Part shown: piece by piece, positions 30,209 to 38,994 of the stretch
Layout of the letters: every line of letters begins with the position of its first letter
Position numbering within the stretch: the first letter of the stretch is position 1
Assembly: GCA_965262725.1 (NCBI GenBank)
Contig: OZ253555.1
Coordinates: 672,001 to 736,000, forward strand
DNA: 64,000 bases
Reading direction: 5' to 3'
Origin: Dehalococcoidia bacterium
Lineage (GTDB): Bacteria; Chloroflexota; Dehalococcoidia; UBA2979
Translations under genes and position numbers: made by a program
Notes under the pieces: model-generated
Database searches by the model: none
The model's input: only the letters and a program-made list of their open reading frames with translations
Told to the model about the DNA's origin: nothing

Positions 30209-30566
30209 TGGTGCCCGTAGGCATCAGCGAACAGTCGCGGAGATCGTGTGACCCACCCCGACTTGCCTCTCTGCATGGCCACGCGAATCGGAGTCGGGTC
30301 GGATGGGCGCGAAGTCGTTCGAGCGTTGTGTGGTGGGCCTAACTTGGGGATTATATAGTTCGTCACCCTTGACGCCGCGAACCTGTGGTACGGTCGAGGC
30401 GCTCACCACAGATTGACTGCTCACCGCATAGGCGGCTCTCCATGCCTCCCTGCGGAGTGTGAGTTGTCTGCTGTGGTGAGCGGCCAGCCGTCCACCGCAG
30501 GGAGGCACCCCACTACGTAGTCACCCAGGCAACGGTCCTTCCTGCACCACAGGAAGGAGAAGGAGA

Positions 30567-31197
30567 ATGACCCATCGTTTCCCGGATAGTGACTGCACTC
30601 GCGCTGGCCACGCTGGCGCTGGCGGTACTCGGAGTCCGGACGACCGCCACACCCAACGAAGCGCGCATTCCTCTAGACGCCGTGGCCGCAGTCCACGTCA
30701 AGGAGCGCGACTCAAGCTGGATGTCCTACATCGCCGGGGCACCGCCACTCGTCAACCGCGACTTCATGAGCCGCTACGGCCCGCCGGTCACCCCGACGCC
30801 CGAGCCGCCAGCGGTCGACGGCTTCACCGTCAGCGGCGTAGGCCCGGAGACACACACCTTCGAGGCAAGCGGCATTCTCTCCTGCTCCGTCGACTATGAA
30901 CGCCCACGATCTGCTGCGGGCATCAGCGTTGATGTGCGGATAGCCGGCGATAGTGGCACGCCGTGGAGGACTGGCCCGAGCGGAACCACCAGCCCGGTGA
31001 GTCAGCTCAGCAGCACGCAACACAGAGAGATCTACTTCGGGGACCGCTACCCGGACCTTGAGGGCCGCTTCCTGAGTGGCGGGGACCGCTTCCTCCCGCC
31101 CTACTCAGTGGTGGTCCTGACTGCCGAGTACAGCGTGTTCGCGAGGGGGATCTACGTTTGGCGGCCCCTCCCATGGACTGTCGAGTGCCGACCGTGA
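30567..31197 (+). CDS. Secreted protein with SYI.GAP..VN motif (probable 1-bp frameshift near the start)
   Basis: AGGAGA RBS before ATG 30567; signal-peptide-like TALALATLALAVLG lies in the 30589 frame; WMSYIAGAPPLVNRDF. Confidence 0.6.
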
Positions 31198-31261
31198 GCC
31201 CGCTGGCAGCGTGCGCCGTACCGGATTCTGATACGCTGAGCCCGGGATAGGGAGGCGAAGC

Positions 31262-31357
31262 ATGGCGAGGCAACCGAAGGATCTACGGATACCCACCACG
31301 CCCGAGAAGCTCCTACAGGCGGTGCTGAAACCGCCGAAGAAGCCGCCCGCGCGGTAA
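31262..31357 (+). CDS. 31-aa basic peptide (IS1595 passenger)
   Basis: GGAGG RBS; MARQPKDLRIPTTPEKLLQAVLKPPKKPPAR. Confidence 0.5.
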   Translation: MARQPKDLRIPTTPEKLLQAVLKPPKKPPAR

Positions 31358-31372
31358 TCTCCCACTGGCTGT

Positions 31373-31449
31373 TGGAGGCCCCGGCGGGATTCGAACCCGC
31401 GTCTCGCGATTTTCAGTCGCGTGTCTTGCCCAGACTTGACTACGGGGCC
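31373..31449 (-). tRNA. tRNA with GAA (Phe) anticodon on a Cys-like scaffold
   Basis: GGCCCCG/CGGGGCC acceptor, GTC/GAC D stem, CGCGA-CTGAAAA-TCGCG anticodon arm, GCGGG-TTCGAAT-CCCGC T arm, U73 and encoded CCA. Confidence 0.9.
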
Positions 31450-31578
31450 TCTGATGCACGCAGCGGCGCGGTTGAATCCGACCGCTGCTCGGGCTACGAT
31501 GGGGGCCGCGAGGCACTCCATCGTGAACCGAAGAAGCGGCCCCGCCCGGCAAGGCGGGGTCGCTTCACGTCTGGGGCC

Positions 31579-31614
31579 ATTATAGGGGAAGGCACAGAAC
31601 GCGCGTTCTGTGCC
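31579..31614 (-). promoter_or_regulatory. TATAAT -10 box with adjacent perfect 24-bp palindrome containing AGAAC-N4-GTTCT (LexA-like operator)
   Basis: ATTATA at 31579-31584 (TATAAT on minus); GGCACAGAACGCGCGTTCTGTGCC at 31591-31614. Confidence 0.6.
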
Positions 31615-31655
31615 GTGTGCTGCGGGTGGCGGGATCTGCTGCGGGCGATACAGAC

Positions 31656-32240
31656 CTAGCGGATCAGTTCCCCGTACTGGAGGCGCTTCCCGACCAGCCC
31701 GCGCACGACGGCGCGCATCTGGTCGATGGTGTCCATCGGGCGGGCGTTGTGCCGCCCGGCGAACTCCGTCACGTAGCGGTCCAGGTGCTTCACGCTCATG
31801 TGGTGGAGCGTGCCCTGATACCCGCGCTTGAACATCGACCACAGCGACTCGATGCCGTTGGTGTGGGTGTTCCCGATCACGTATGTCCCGACCGAGTGCT
31901 GGACCGCGTCGTGCTTGTACTCGCCCGCCAGCGGGACGTAGGCCGCGTGGCCGTCGGAGTACACCTGAGCGCCGCGGGCGGCGTGCTCGCGCACGAAGTC
32001 GCGCAGGGTGTCGCCGTCCGTCGAGGCGATCGCTCGGGCGCTGACGCGGTTGGTCGCGCGGTCCTTGACGCCGACGACGGCGGCCTTGTCGGAGAGCACG
32101 CCGCGTGGGTGGATGCGATCGCGCTCGGAGGCGTGCTTGTTCTTCGCCAGCCCGCCCACGTAGGTCTCGTCGACCTCGACCGGGCCGTCGAACGGATCGC
32201 CGCCGTTCTCCTCCCACGCTTGCCGGAGCCGGTGTGCGAA
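31656..32240 (-). pseudogene. IS1595 family transposase lacking the N-terminal zinc ribbon/HTH
   Basis: VEVDETYVGG, VYSDG, HTNGIESLWSMFKR, Y.TEF.GRHN. Confidence 0.9.
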
Positions 32241-32956
32241 GTCGGTGCAGCCAGCGCCTACGCGGTTGACGCCCAAACAGAGGCGAGGGTTGCAGCATGC
32301 CGGCTGCAGGACGATGCCCTCAAGCTAGTTCATCGTTACCTTGTCCGGCGTGATCCTCAGGATGACGCGTTTGTCGGCGTCGAGCTGCGTGTGGCCCCAG
32401 GGGAGAACCCCTTGATTCGCTAGGCTTCCCTACGAACTCGAAATGCGAAGGGAAGCCCGATGAAGATCGTCATCGAGCAAGAGGGGTGGGGCGAGACGGG
32501 GCAATACCACCTCAACGCGGCCGCTACCACCAATGGCCCCTTGTTCAGACCTTTCTTAGCGGCCGGCGGCGCCATTCTTGGTACTGGCCGGCGACGGCTC
32601 TGGCGTCGGCGCCTTCGAGGAGGCTAAGACCGAGGCTTGAAGGTGTGGCACTTGTCCGCAGTTGACGGCGACTTCCGCTACAGGAGGCGGGAACGCGATG
32701 GCCGCCTGTTGATGCCCGATAACGCAGAGCGGCTAGTGGGGGGCGCGCTGTTCCAGCGGCTTTGGCGCAAGGCGTTGTCGCCCCGGCAGTTCGTTTGAGC
32801 ATCCCACTGGAGTCCTCGAACAGCCAGCATGTGACAAGATGCTGGCGTAGCTCGCGTCACAAGCGGGTTCCACCAAGGGGCGGACGTGACCCGGCGGAAC
32901 GCAAGCGTGAAACCCACGGTGTGCTACACTTGTGGACACAATGAAGGAGCCAGTAG

Positions 32957-33250
32957 ATGCCAAGCGCAAGCGACCTTAAATGGATCACTCGTGGACCCAA
33001 CGATGTCCAACAGTTTCGGCAAGCAGAGTGGAACGGTATTTCCATGAGGATTACAGCTATCGGTCTGGATAGTTGTGAAGTTTTTGTCACCGATGGTGGT
33101 GAGCACAAGAAAGAGAGCGGGCTCTCTCCGTGCGACGCTGTCAAGTGGGCTGTGGAGCAGGCGGAGGTCATCCACAAGGACTATCTGGAGCGGCTTCAAA
33201 AGGACAAGCTGGAAACCATCCAGGCAGTGGATAAGTGCATTAGTGCCTGA
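32957..33250 (+). CDS. Low-GC hypothetical protein
   Basis: AAGGAG RBS; extended -10-like TGCTACACT upstream; 97 aa. Confidence 0.6.
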   Translation: MPSASDLKWITRGPNDVQQFRQAEWNGISMRITAIGLDSCEVFVTDGGEHKKESGLSPCDAVKWAVEQAEVIHKDYLERLQKDKLETIQAVDKCISA

Positions 33251-33401
33251 GCACTACACTAGATACAGCCATCAGGCTCTCTTCACACTCTGTTAGTGGC
33301 TTGACGTGCTGATCGTAGACACGATGAAACCTCACACACAAGGGAAGACTGGGGAGGCCACCGCTCGCACGGAGTGGTAGCCTCCCCCCTGGCAGTGGAG
33401 C

Positions 33402-33690
33402 CTAGCGGTCTGCCCCGGCCGGCTCTGCCTCCCGCTCCAGCGCCCACTCGAGGAGCGAGATGGACGCGGGCTCGGGCATGCGGCTGCGGCGCTTCGGGTT
33501 GACCGGATCCTCGGCCATGAACTCCGCCCACGAGAACAGTGTCCGCTGCGCCTCGCGGGCATTGGCGCCACGGCCGCCCTCGCCGACCGTGGCGACCTCC
33601 TCCGCCATCGGCTCCGGAGCAGCCCATCCCGCGTCCACCAGTAGCGCCTCGGCTTCCGCCGCGACCGGCTGCGCTGAACACCTGCGCCCG
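33402..33690 (-). pseudogene. C-terminal remnant of a large element-borne protein (possibly helicase-like)
   Basis: QRTLFSWAEFM motif shared with 34943-35090; no N-terminus. Confidence 0.45.
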
Positions 33691-33949
33691 ACCCAATCTT
33701 GAGCACTTCCGTGGGGACCAACTCTGGCGCGTGCCTGCCATCGTCGACGGGCAGTAGCTACGGCCTCAGGTTCAACTTGCCGAGGAGCGCCTCAACCGTC
33801 ATGGCGTTCTTTGGTATGAACTTTCTCGCACCGTCGGCTGGATCCTCACGTTTGATGAAGTAACGATCGAAGGCCCGGACATCACTCGTCTTGCCTGTCC
33901 TGTATGACTCGTACAACCATCGGATTAGAGCGCGAAGCCGCCGCCAGTG

Positions 33950-34939
33950 CGCCGCGCCGTTGCGCCTGGGGCAGCTCGCCCTGCTCGCGGATGACGGCGT
34001 CCGTGAGGTTGAGGCCGGAGGCACCCACGAGCGCGGCGACGTCCTTCCCGGCCGCGCCCTGCGCGGTGGAGACGAGCAGCACGCCCCGTCGAGGATCGTG
34101 CGCCTGAGGTCGATAGTGGAGCGGGGCTGGCCGAGGATGGCGCGCGCCCGCTTCGAGGAGGCGTAGTAGGAGAGCCGCGTCTGGACGGGGGCGAGGGCGT
34201 CGGCGCGGTACTCGCGGCGCCGGCCCTTGAAGTCGCGCTCCCACCAGTCCAGCAGGAACTCGTCGCTCACCCGCTTCAGCACCAGCGTGCGGAAGCGGTC
34301 GTCGGAGAGCAGGCGCAGCCCGTCGAGGATCGTGCACTGCTCCTCGGCGGCGGTGGCGGGATGGGCGTTGTGCTCGTGCCGGGTCTTCACGACCTGCTCG
34401 AGGATCGACTGCATGCGCGGCCCCCACTGCTCCCAGATCCCCTTCGCCACGCGCACGACCGAGTCGGCGGTGCGGTCGCGGTCGCTGAAGACGCGCGTGT
34501 CGAGCAGGTTGATGCCGGGGTAGCCGCGCTCGCCCGCGAGGTCGAGGAGGCGGACCTGCCCCGCCAGCGACTCGGGGACCTGCTGGAGGATGTCGGCGAC
34601 GAGGTCGGCGTGGGGGTCGACGACGACGATCGCGTCGCCGTCGCGGCCCGCCGCCTTCTCGCGCAGCCTGTGCGCGACGAGGTGCTGCATGAGCGTGGAC
34701 TTGCCCATGCGCGTGCGCGCGACGTAGAGGTGGTGGCGGCGCAGCAGGTCGTCGGGGAAGCGGATCTCCCGCGGCGCGCCCGCCGTCGTCTGGCCGACGA
34801 GCGCCCCGCCGCTTACGTCCCTCGCCTGGGGGACGTGCACCCGCGCCCCGGACCGCGCCACGAGCGGCGTCTCGTCCTTCGCGCCGGGCGGGTGCCAGAG
34901 CGCCGCGGCCTCGCGCACGCCGAGCACGCGCAGGCCCAC
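33950..34939 (-). pseudogene. Central fragment of a second VirD4-like paralog
   Basis: HHLYVARTRMGKST, VVDPHADL, WGPRM, ARAILGQPRSTID; truncated at both ends and frameshifted. Confidence 0.85.
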
Positions 34940-34942
34940 CGC

Positions 34943-35090
34943 CTACGGGGACGAGGTCGACGACCTGATGCTGGCGCTCGCCGGGAAGATCGTCGCCGGC
35001 GGGGAGGACGCCGCCTCGGTCGAGTCGGTCTTCGCCCGGGCCCCGGGCCGGCAGCGGTCTCTGTTCTCCTGGGCGGAGTTCATGTGGGCA
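34943..35090 (+). pseudogene. Second C-terminal remnant of the same large protein family
   Basis: YGDEVDDLMLALAGKIV..VESVFA..QRSLFSWAEFM. Confidence 0.45.
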
Positions 35091-35166
35091 TGTGGGCGTC
35101 GCCCCATGTGTCCGCAGCATGCGGAAACGCCGCCCGGACCCGCGTTGAGCCGATTCTGGCGTGTTC

Positions 35167-35246
35167 GGAACGAATCCGGAACAAATCCGGAACAAATCCG
35201 GAACGTTTGGAACTCTCGTGGAACGAATCCGGAACTTTCTGTGAAC
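35167..35246 (+). promoter_or_regulatory. Eight phased GGAAC direct repeats upstream of the conjugation operon
   Basis: GGAAC at 35167, 35178, 35189, 35200, 35209, 35220, 35231 and TGAAC at 35242 (spacing 11,11,11,9,11,11,11). Confidence 0.8.
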
Positions 35247-35306
35247 GCCTGATCGCACCCTAGCCCTGCATCGCCGCACGCCGCCAATCGAGGCGAGCGC
35301 TCGCCG

Positions 35307-36494
35307 ATGCGGAAGGGGCTGGCCGTGCGGGGTCCGCTGCTCGCCGTCGCCGGAGCGCTCGTCTGCTGGCTACTGCTGGCCGTGCCCGCCCACGCGGAGC
35401 AGGCGGCGGATCCGCTCGCGGCCCTCACCCGGGCCGGCGCACCTCTCGTCGCCGCGGCGGCGCCCCCATCCGCCGGCCCCACACCAGAGGCGAGGCCGAT
35501 GGCGGCCGCCGCGACGGCCCCGGTCGCAGCACAGCCCGGCACCGCCCCCGCGATCGGCATTCCCGGGCTCCCGAGCCCCTCCGACCTGCTGAGCGGGCTC
35601 GACCCGCGCGAGTGGGCGGCCTCGATCCTCGACGGCGTCGTGAGCGCGCTCGGGCGGGAGCTGCTCGGGGCGATGCGCAGCTTCATCGACTGGGCGCTCG
35701 GCTTCGGGGGCTCCTCGCTCAACTTCGTCACGCGCACCCCCGCAGCGGGCTCCTACGAGAGCCCGACCGTGCGCTCCCTCTGGGACTTCTCGCGCGCCAT
35801 CGCCAACGCCGGCCTCGCCGTGGTGGTGATGTGGGGCGGCTTCAACGTCATCGTCCGGCGGCACATCGGCAGCCCCTACCACGGGGCGATGGAACTGCTT
35901 CCCCGCGTCATCCTCGCCGCCCTCGCCGTGAACCTCACGCTCGAGTTCGCGGGCCTCCTGATCGAGGTCAACAACGCCTTCGCCTCAGCCGTCGGCCAGG
36001 TCGGCCTGCCCGGCTACGAGCAGGCGAACGTCGCGCAGGAGGGGATCGCTCTCGTCTTCGTGGCGATCGCGTACGCCGTGATGGCGCTCCTGCTGGTCTT
36101 CCAGATGCTGATGCGGCTCGCACTCCTGGACGTATTGATCGTGCTGTCGCCGCTGATGGTGCTCTGCTGGGTGCTGCCCCAGACGCAGGGCTGGACGCGC
36201 TGGTGGGCGCACCTCTTCCCGATCGTGGTCTTCCAGCAGGCGGTCCAGCTCGTCGTGCTGCGCCTCGGCGCGGCGCTGATGGTCGAGCTGGTGCCCGGCG
36301 GCGCCGCGGACGCGCTGCTGACCCTGCTCCTCGGCATCGCCATCGCCGCCCTGACGCTCCGGGTGCCCTCGCTCCTCCACGGCCAGGTCCAGCAATCGGG
36401 CACCGGGGCGGCCGTCGCGCTCGTCGTGGCCGGCCGCGTCGCCGCCGGCGTCGCCGGGCGCGGTAGCGCCGCCGCCGGCGCGGTGGGGAGGTAG
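35307..36494 (+). CDS. TrbL/VirB6-like polytopic membrane protein
   Basis: Multiple TMs; MRLALLDVLIVLSPL..W.LPQT.GW..WW..VFQQ pattern; operon context. Confidence 0.75.
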   Translation: MRKGLAVRGPLLAVAGALVCWLLLAVPAHAEQAADPLAALTRAGAPLVAAAAPPSAGPTPEARPMAAAATAPVAAQPGTAPAIGIPGLPSPSDLLSGLDPREWAASILDGVVSALGRELLGAMRSFIDWALGFGGSSLNFVTRTPAAGSYESPTVRSLWDFSRAIANAGLAVVVMWGGFNVIVRRHIGSPYHGAMELLPRVILAALAVNLTLEFAGLLIEVNNAFASAVGQVGLPGYEQANVAQEGIALVFVAIAYAVMALLLVFQMLMRLALLDVLIVLSPLMVLCWVLPQTQGWTRWWAHLFPIVVFQQAVQLVVLRLGAALMVELVPGGAADALLTLLLGIAIAALTLRVPSLLHGQVQQSGTGAAVALVVAGRVAAGVAGRGSAAAGAVGR

Positions 36495-36497
36495 CCC

Positions 36498-36911
36498 GTG
36501 CTCCAGGCCGCGCTCATCGCCAGTTCGCTGCTCGGCGACCTCCCGCGCGAGGCGCTCCGCATCGCCGGCGCGCTCCTGCTGCTCGTCCTCGCCTCCGTGC
36601 TCGTGGTGGTGATCGCCGTGGCGGCGCTGGCGGCGACGCTGCTCGCGGCACTTCCCGGCGTCGGCGGTCCCGAACCGCCTCCGCCTCCGCCCGAACACGC
36701 CACCGCCATCTCCAGAGACGGCGCTGCGCACGGCGTGCCCGCGGAGCTGCCGGTAGTGGCGATCACCCCGGTGGGGCGCGGCTTCGGCGCCCGCACCAAG
36801 GCGCCAGCGGCCGCCGTGGCGCCGGCGCCCGCCCGCGAGAGCTATGCCGCCGCCGAGCTCATGACGGCACCGCCGCCCGTGCCGGCCGCGTTTGCCGGGG
36901 CAGCGTCGTGA
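36498..36911 (+). CDS. Membrane-anchored hypothetical protein (possibly a degenerate VirB1-like hydrolase)
   Basis: Long N-terminal TM, short low-complexity tail; position in the tra operon. Confidence 0.45.
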   Translation: MLQAALIASSLLGDLPREALRIAGALLLLVLASVLVVVIAVAALAATLLAALPGVGGPEPPPPPPEHATAISRDGAAHGVPAELPVVAITPVGRGFGARTKAPAAAVAPAPARESYAAAELMTAPPPVPAAFAGAAS

Positions 36912-37465
36912 CCGGGCGCGGACCGGGCTACGCGCTGCTCGCGCTCGCCGCGCTGCTCTTGGCGGTCGCCGTCGCCTCCGCCTGGAGCGGGGCCTCGCGC
37001 CTCGCCGGGCGCGGTGAGGACGGCGCCGCGCGCAGGGCGGCCGATGCCGCCTCCGTGGAGGCCGCGGCGTCCGCGTTCGTGTCCGCCTACGGCGGCTTCG
37101 ACTACCGCGACGCAGACAGCTATATGGCGCGCCTCGCCGCGCTCACCTCAGGCGAACTCCGCGCGGCGCTCGCGGGAGCGGCGGTCGATCCGGCCGCCAT
37201 CGCCGGGGGCCGCCGGAGCCGCGCGGCCGTCCAGTCGGTCTCGGTCGCCGCGCTCACCGCCGCTGTCGCGGAGGCGACGGTCCGCTCGCTGCACGAGCGG
37301 AGCTGGCTGGACCCGGCGTCCGGACGCGCCGCCCGGGAAGAGGTCACCCAGCACGTCCGCCTGCGGCTCGTCCGCGAGGGCGGCCGCTGGCTGGTGACGG
37401 AGGTGCTTGTGATGAGCGAGGAGCCGGCCGGCGCACGGGGCGCCGGCCGAGAAGGGAGCCAGTGA
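36908..37465 (+). CDS. VirB8/NTF2-like bitopic protein
   Basis: N-terminal TM; A..FV.AY..FDY; LRLVREGGRWLV. Confidence 0.6.
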   Translation: MTGRGPGYALLALAALLLAVAVASAWSGASRLAGRGEDGAARRAADAASVEAAASAFVSAYGGFDYRDADSYMARLAALTSGELRAALAGAAVDPAAIAGGRRSRAAVQSVSVAALTAAVAEATVRSLHERSWLDPASGRAAREEVTQHVRLRLVREGGRWLVTEVLVMSEEPAGARGAGREGSQ

Positions 37466-37695
37466 TGGAAGAGATCAACGTGCTGTTCGGGAACCTGCTC
37501 GACATCGGCATCGGTGTGGCGGCGGCGGTCTCGGCGTTCTTCGTGATGTGGGGGGCATTCCTCTACATGTCGGCGTCCGGGTCGCCCCGCCAGATGGAGG
37601 CGGGCAAGACGGCGATCCTCAACGCGCTCGCGGGGTTCGCGATCGTGCTGCTCGCGCGCGCGATCGCCGGCATCGTGCAGGGGGCGATGGCGTGA
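37465..37695 (+). CDS. TrbC/VirB2-like pilin
   Basis: Two TMs, G..YM.A.G.P..ME.GK..I.NA..G motif. Confidence 0.8.
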   Translation: MEEINVLFGNLLDIGIGVAAAVSAFFVMWGAFLYMSASGSPRQMEAGKTAILNALAGFAIVLLARAIAGIVQGAMA

Positions 37696-38090
37696 TGGGG
37701 CGCCACGAGATCCCGACCCACCTCGGCGTCGCCGACAAGGCCGTCCTCGGCCTGACGATGCGCCAGCTGCTCTCGGCCGCCGCCGGCCTCTCGCTGGCCT
37801 ACGGCGCCGCGGGCGACCTGCCGCTGCCGCTGCCCGTCCGCCTCTGTGCGGCCGCGCTGGTGCTGGCCGCGGTGCTGCCGCTGGTCTTCTGGCGGCCCGC
37901 CGGACGCCCGCTCGAGGAGTGGGTATTCGTGCTGCTGCGCTACCGGGCCGTGCCCCGCACCGCCGTCTGGAGGCCGCGCGAGCGCTCCGTGCCTCCGCGC
38001 GCGGCTCGCGAGGTGGTGCTGCGCCCGCTCGCGGCGCCGCCCGTCCACCCGGTGACGAGGAGGGGAGACGTGCATGCGACCGCGTCCTGA
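37695..38090 (+). CDS. PrgI/VirB3-like protein
   Basis: HEIPTHL.V.DK..LGLTMRQL, two TMs, GRPLEEW. Confidence 0.8.
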   Translation: MGRHEIPTHLGVADKAVLGLTMRQLLSAAAGLSLAYGAAGDLPLPLPVRLCAAALVLAAVLPLVFWRPAGRPLEEWVFVLLRYRAVPRTAVWRPRERSVPPRAAREVVLRPLAAPPVHPVTRRGDVHATAS

Positions 38091-38289
38091 CCGGAGACGG
38101 CGGTGGCGGCCGTTCGGGAAGAGCGCTCACCCGGCCGAGCAGCGGGCCGAGCAGCGGGCCCATCAGCGGGCCCGACGGGAAGCACGCAGGCAATCGCACC
38201 GGATCAGGAGACGCACGTGGCGAGCACGCATGAGGCGCTACCGCTGATGGAACGCGGAGCCCGGGTGGTGGCGAGGAAGGGAGTGGCAC

Positions 38290-38994
38290 ATGTGGTCACG
38301 CGGTAGCAGGAGGCGGCGCCTCGCGAGCGTGCAGGAAATCCTGCCGCTGGAGGAGATATCGGGCGACATCGTGCGCCTGCGCGGCGGCGACTACCGCTGC
38401 GTGCTCGAGGCCCAGGGCATCCACTTCGCGCTGAAGTCGGAGCCGGAGCAGGAGGCGATCCTCGCCGGGTACCGGCGCTTCCTGAACGGACTCACCTACC
38501 CGCTGCAGGTGCTGGTGCGCCTGGTCCCGGCCGACGTCGAGGGCTACCTCGCCGGTCTCGGGGGCGCCCGCGCGGGCACGGAGACGCTGCGGCGGCTCGC
38601 GCTCGACCACGAGGCGTTCGTGCGGCGCATCGCCCGCGAGCGGACGCTGCTCGACCGCCGCTTCTACGTGGTCGTCCCGGCGGACGTGGACGCAGCACCC
38701 GGGCGGGCCGCGCCGGGCTGGCCGTGGCGCCGCGGCCTGCAAGCGCAGGGGCAGAGCGACCTCGCCCGGGCGCGGCGCACGCTCTCCTTGCGCTCAGGCG
38801 AGGTGGCGCAAGGCCTCGGCTCATTCGGCGTGAGCACGCGGCGGCTGGGCGGCGAGGAACTGGCGGCGCTCTGGCGCGCCGCGCTCGGCGGTGTCTCAGG
38901 CGGCACCGCCAGTCGTGAGGCTCTGGTCGCCACACCGGTCGTCACATCGCCCGCCGCCTTCTCCGGGCTCCGGCAGGCGGTCTCCCGTGCGTAG
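38290..38994 (+). CDS. VirB4-associated conjugation protein
   Basis: I.FALKSE.EQEAI..Y..FLN.L.YPLQ; RRFYVVVP. Confidence 0.7.
   Translation: MWSRGSRRRRLASVQEILPLEEISGDIVRLRGGDYRCVLEAQGIHFALKSEPEQEAILAGYRRFLNGLTYPLQVLVRLVPADVEGYLAGLGGARAGTETLRRLALDHEAFVRRIARERTLLDRRFYVVVPADVDAAPGRAAPGWPWRRGLQAQGQSDLARARRTLSLRSGEVAQGLGSFGVSTRRLGGEELAALWRAALGGVSGGTASREALVATPVVTSPAAFSGLRQAVSRA

Larger units (their letters stand above)
30346..32240 (-). mobile_element. IS1595 family (ISNwi1-like) cargo element, 5'-truncated
   Basis: Terminal GGGGATTATATA at 30346 matches the terminus of the second IS1595 (GGGGATTACATA, 56487); passenger genes lie between transposase and end. Confidence 0.6.

Noticed and set aside
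35167-35246. CRISPR array
   Set aside because: The period is only 11 bp, with no unique spacers and no cas genes.
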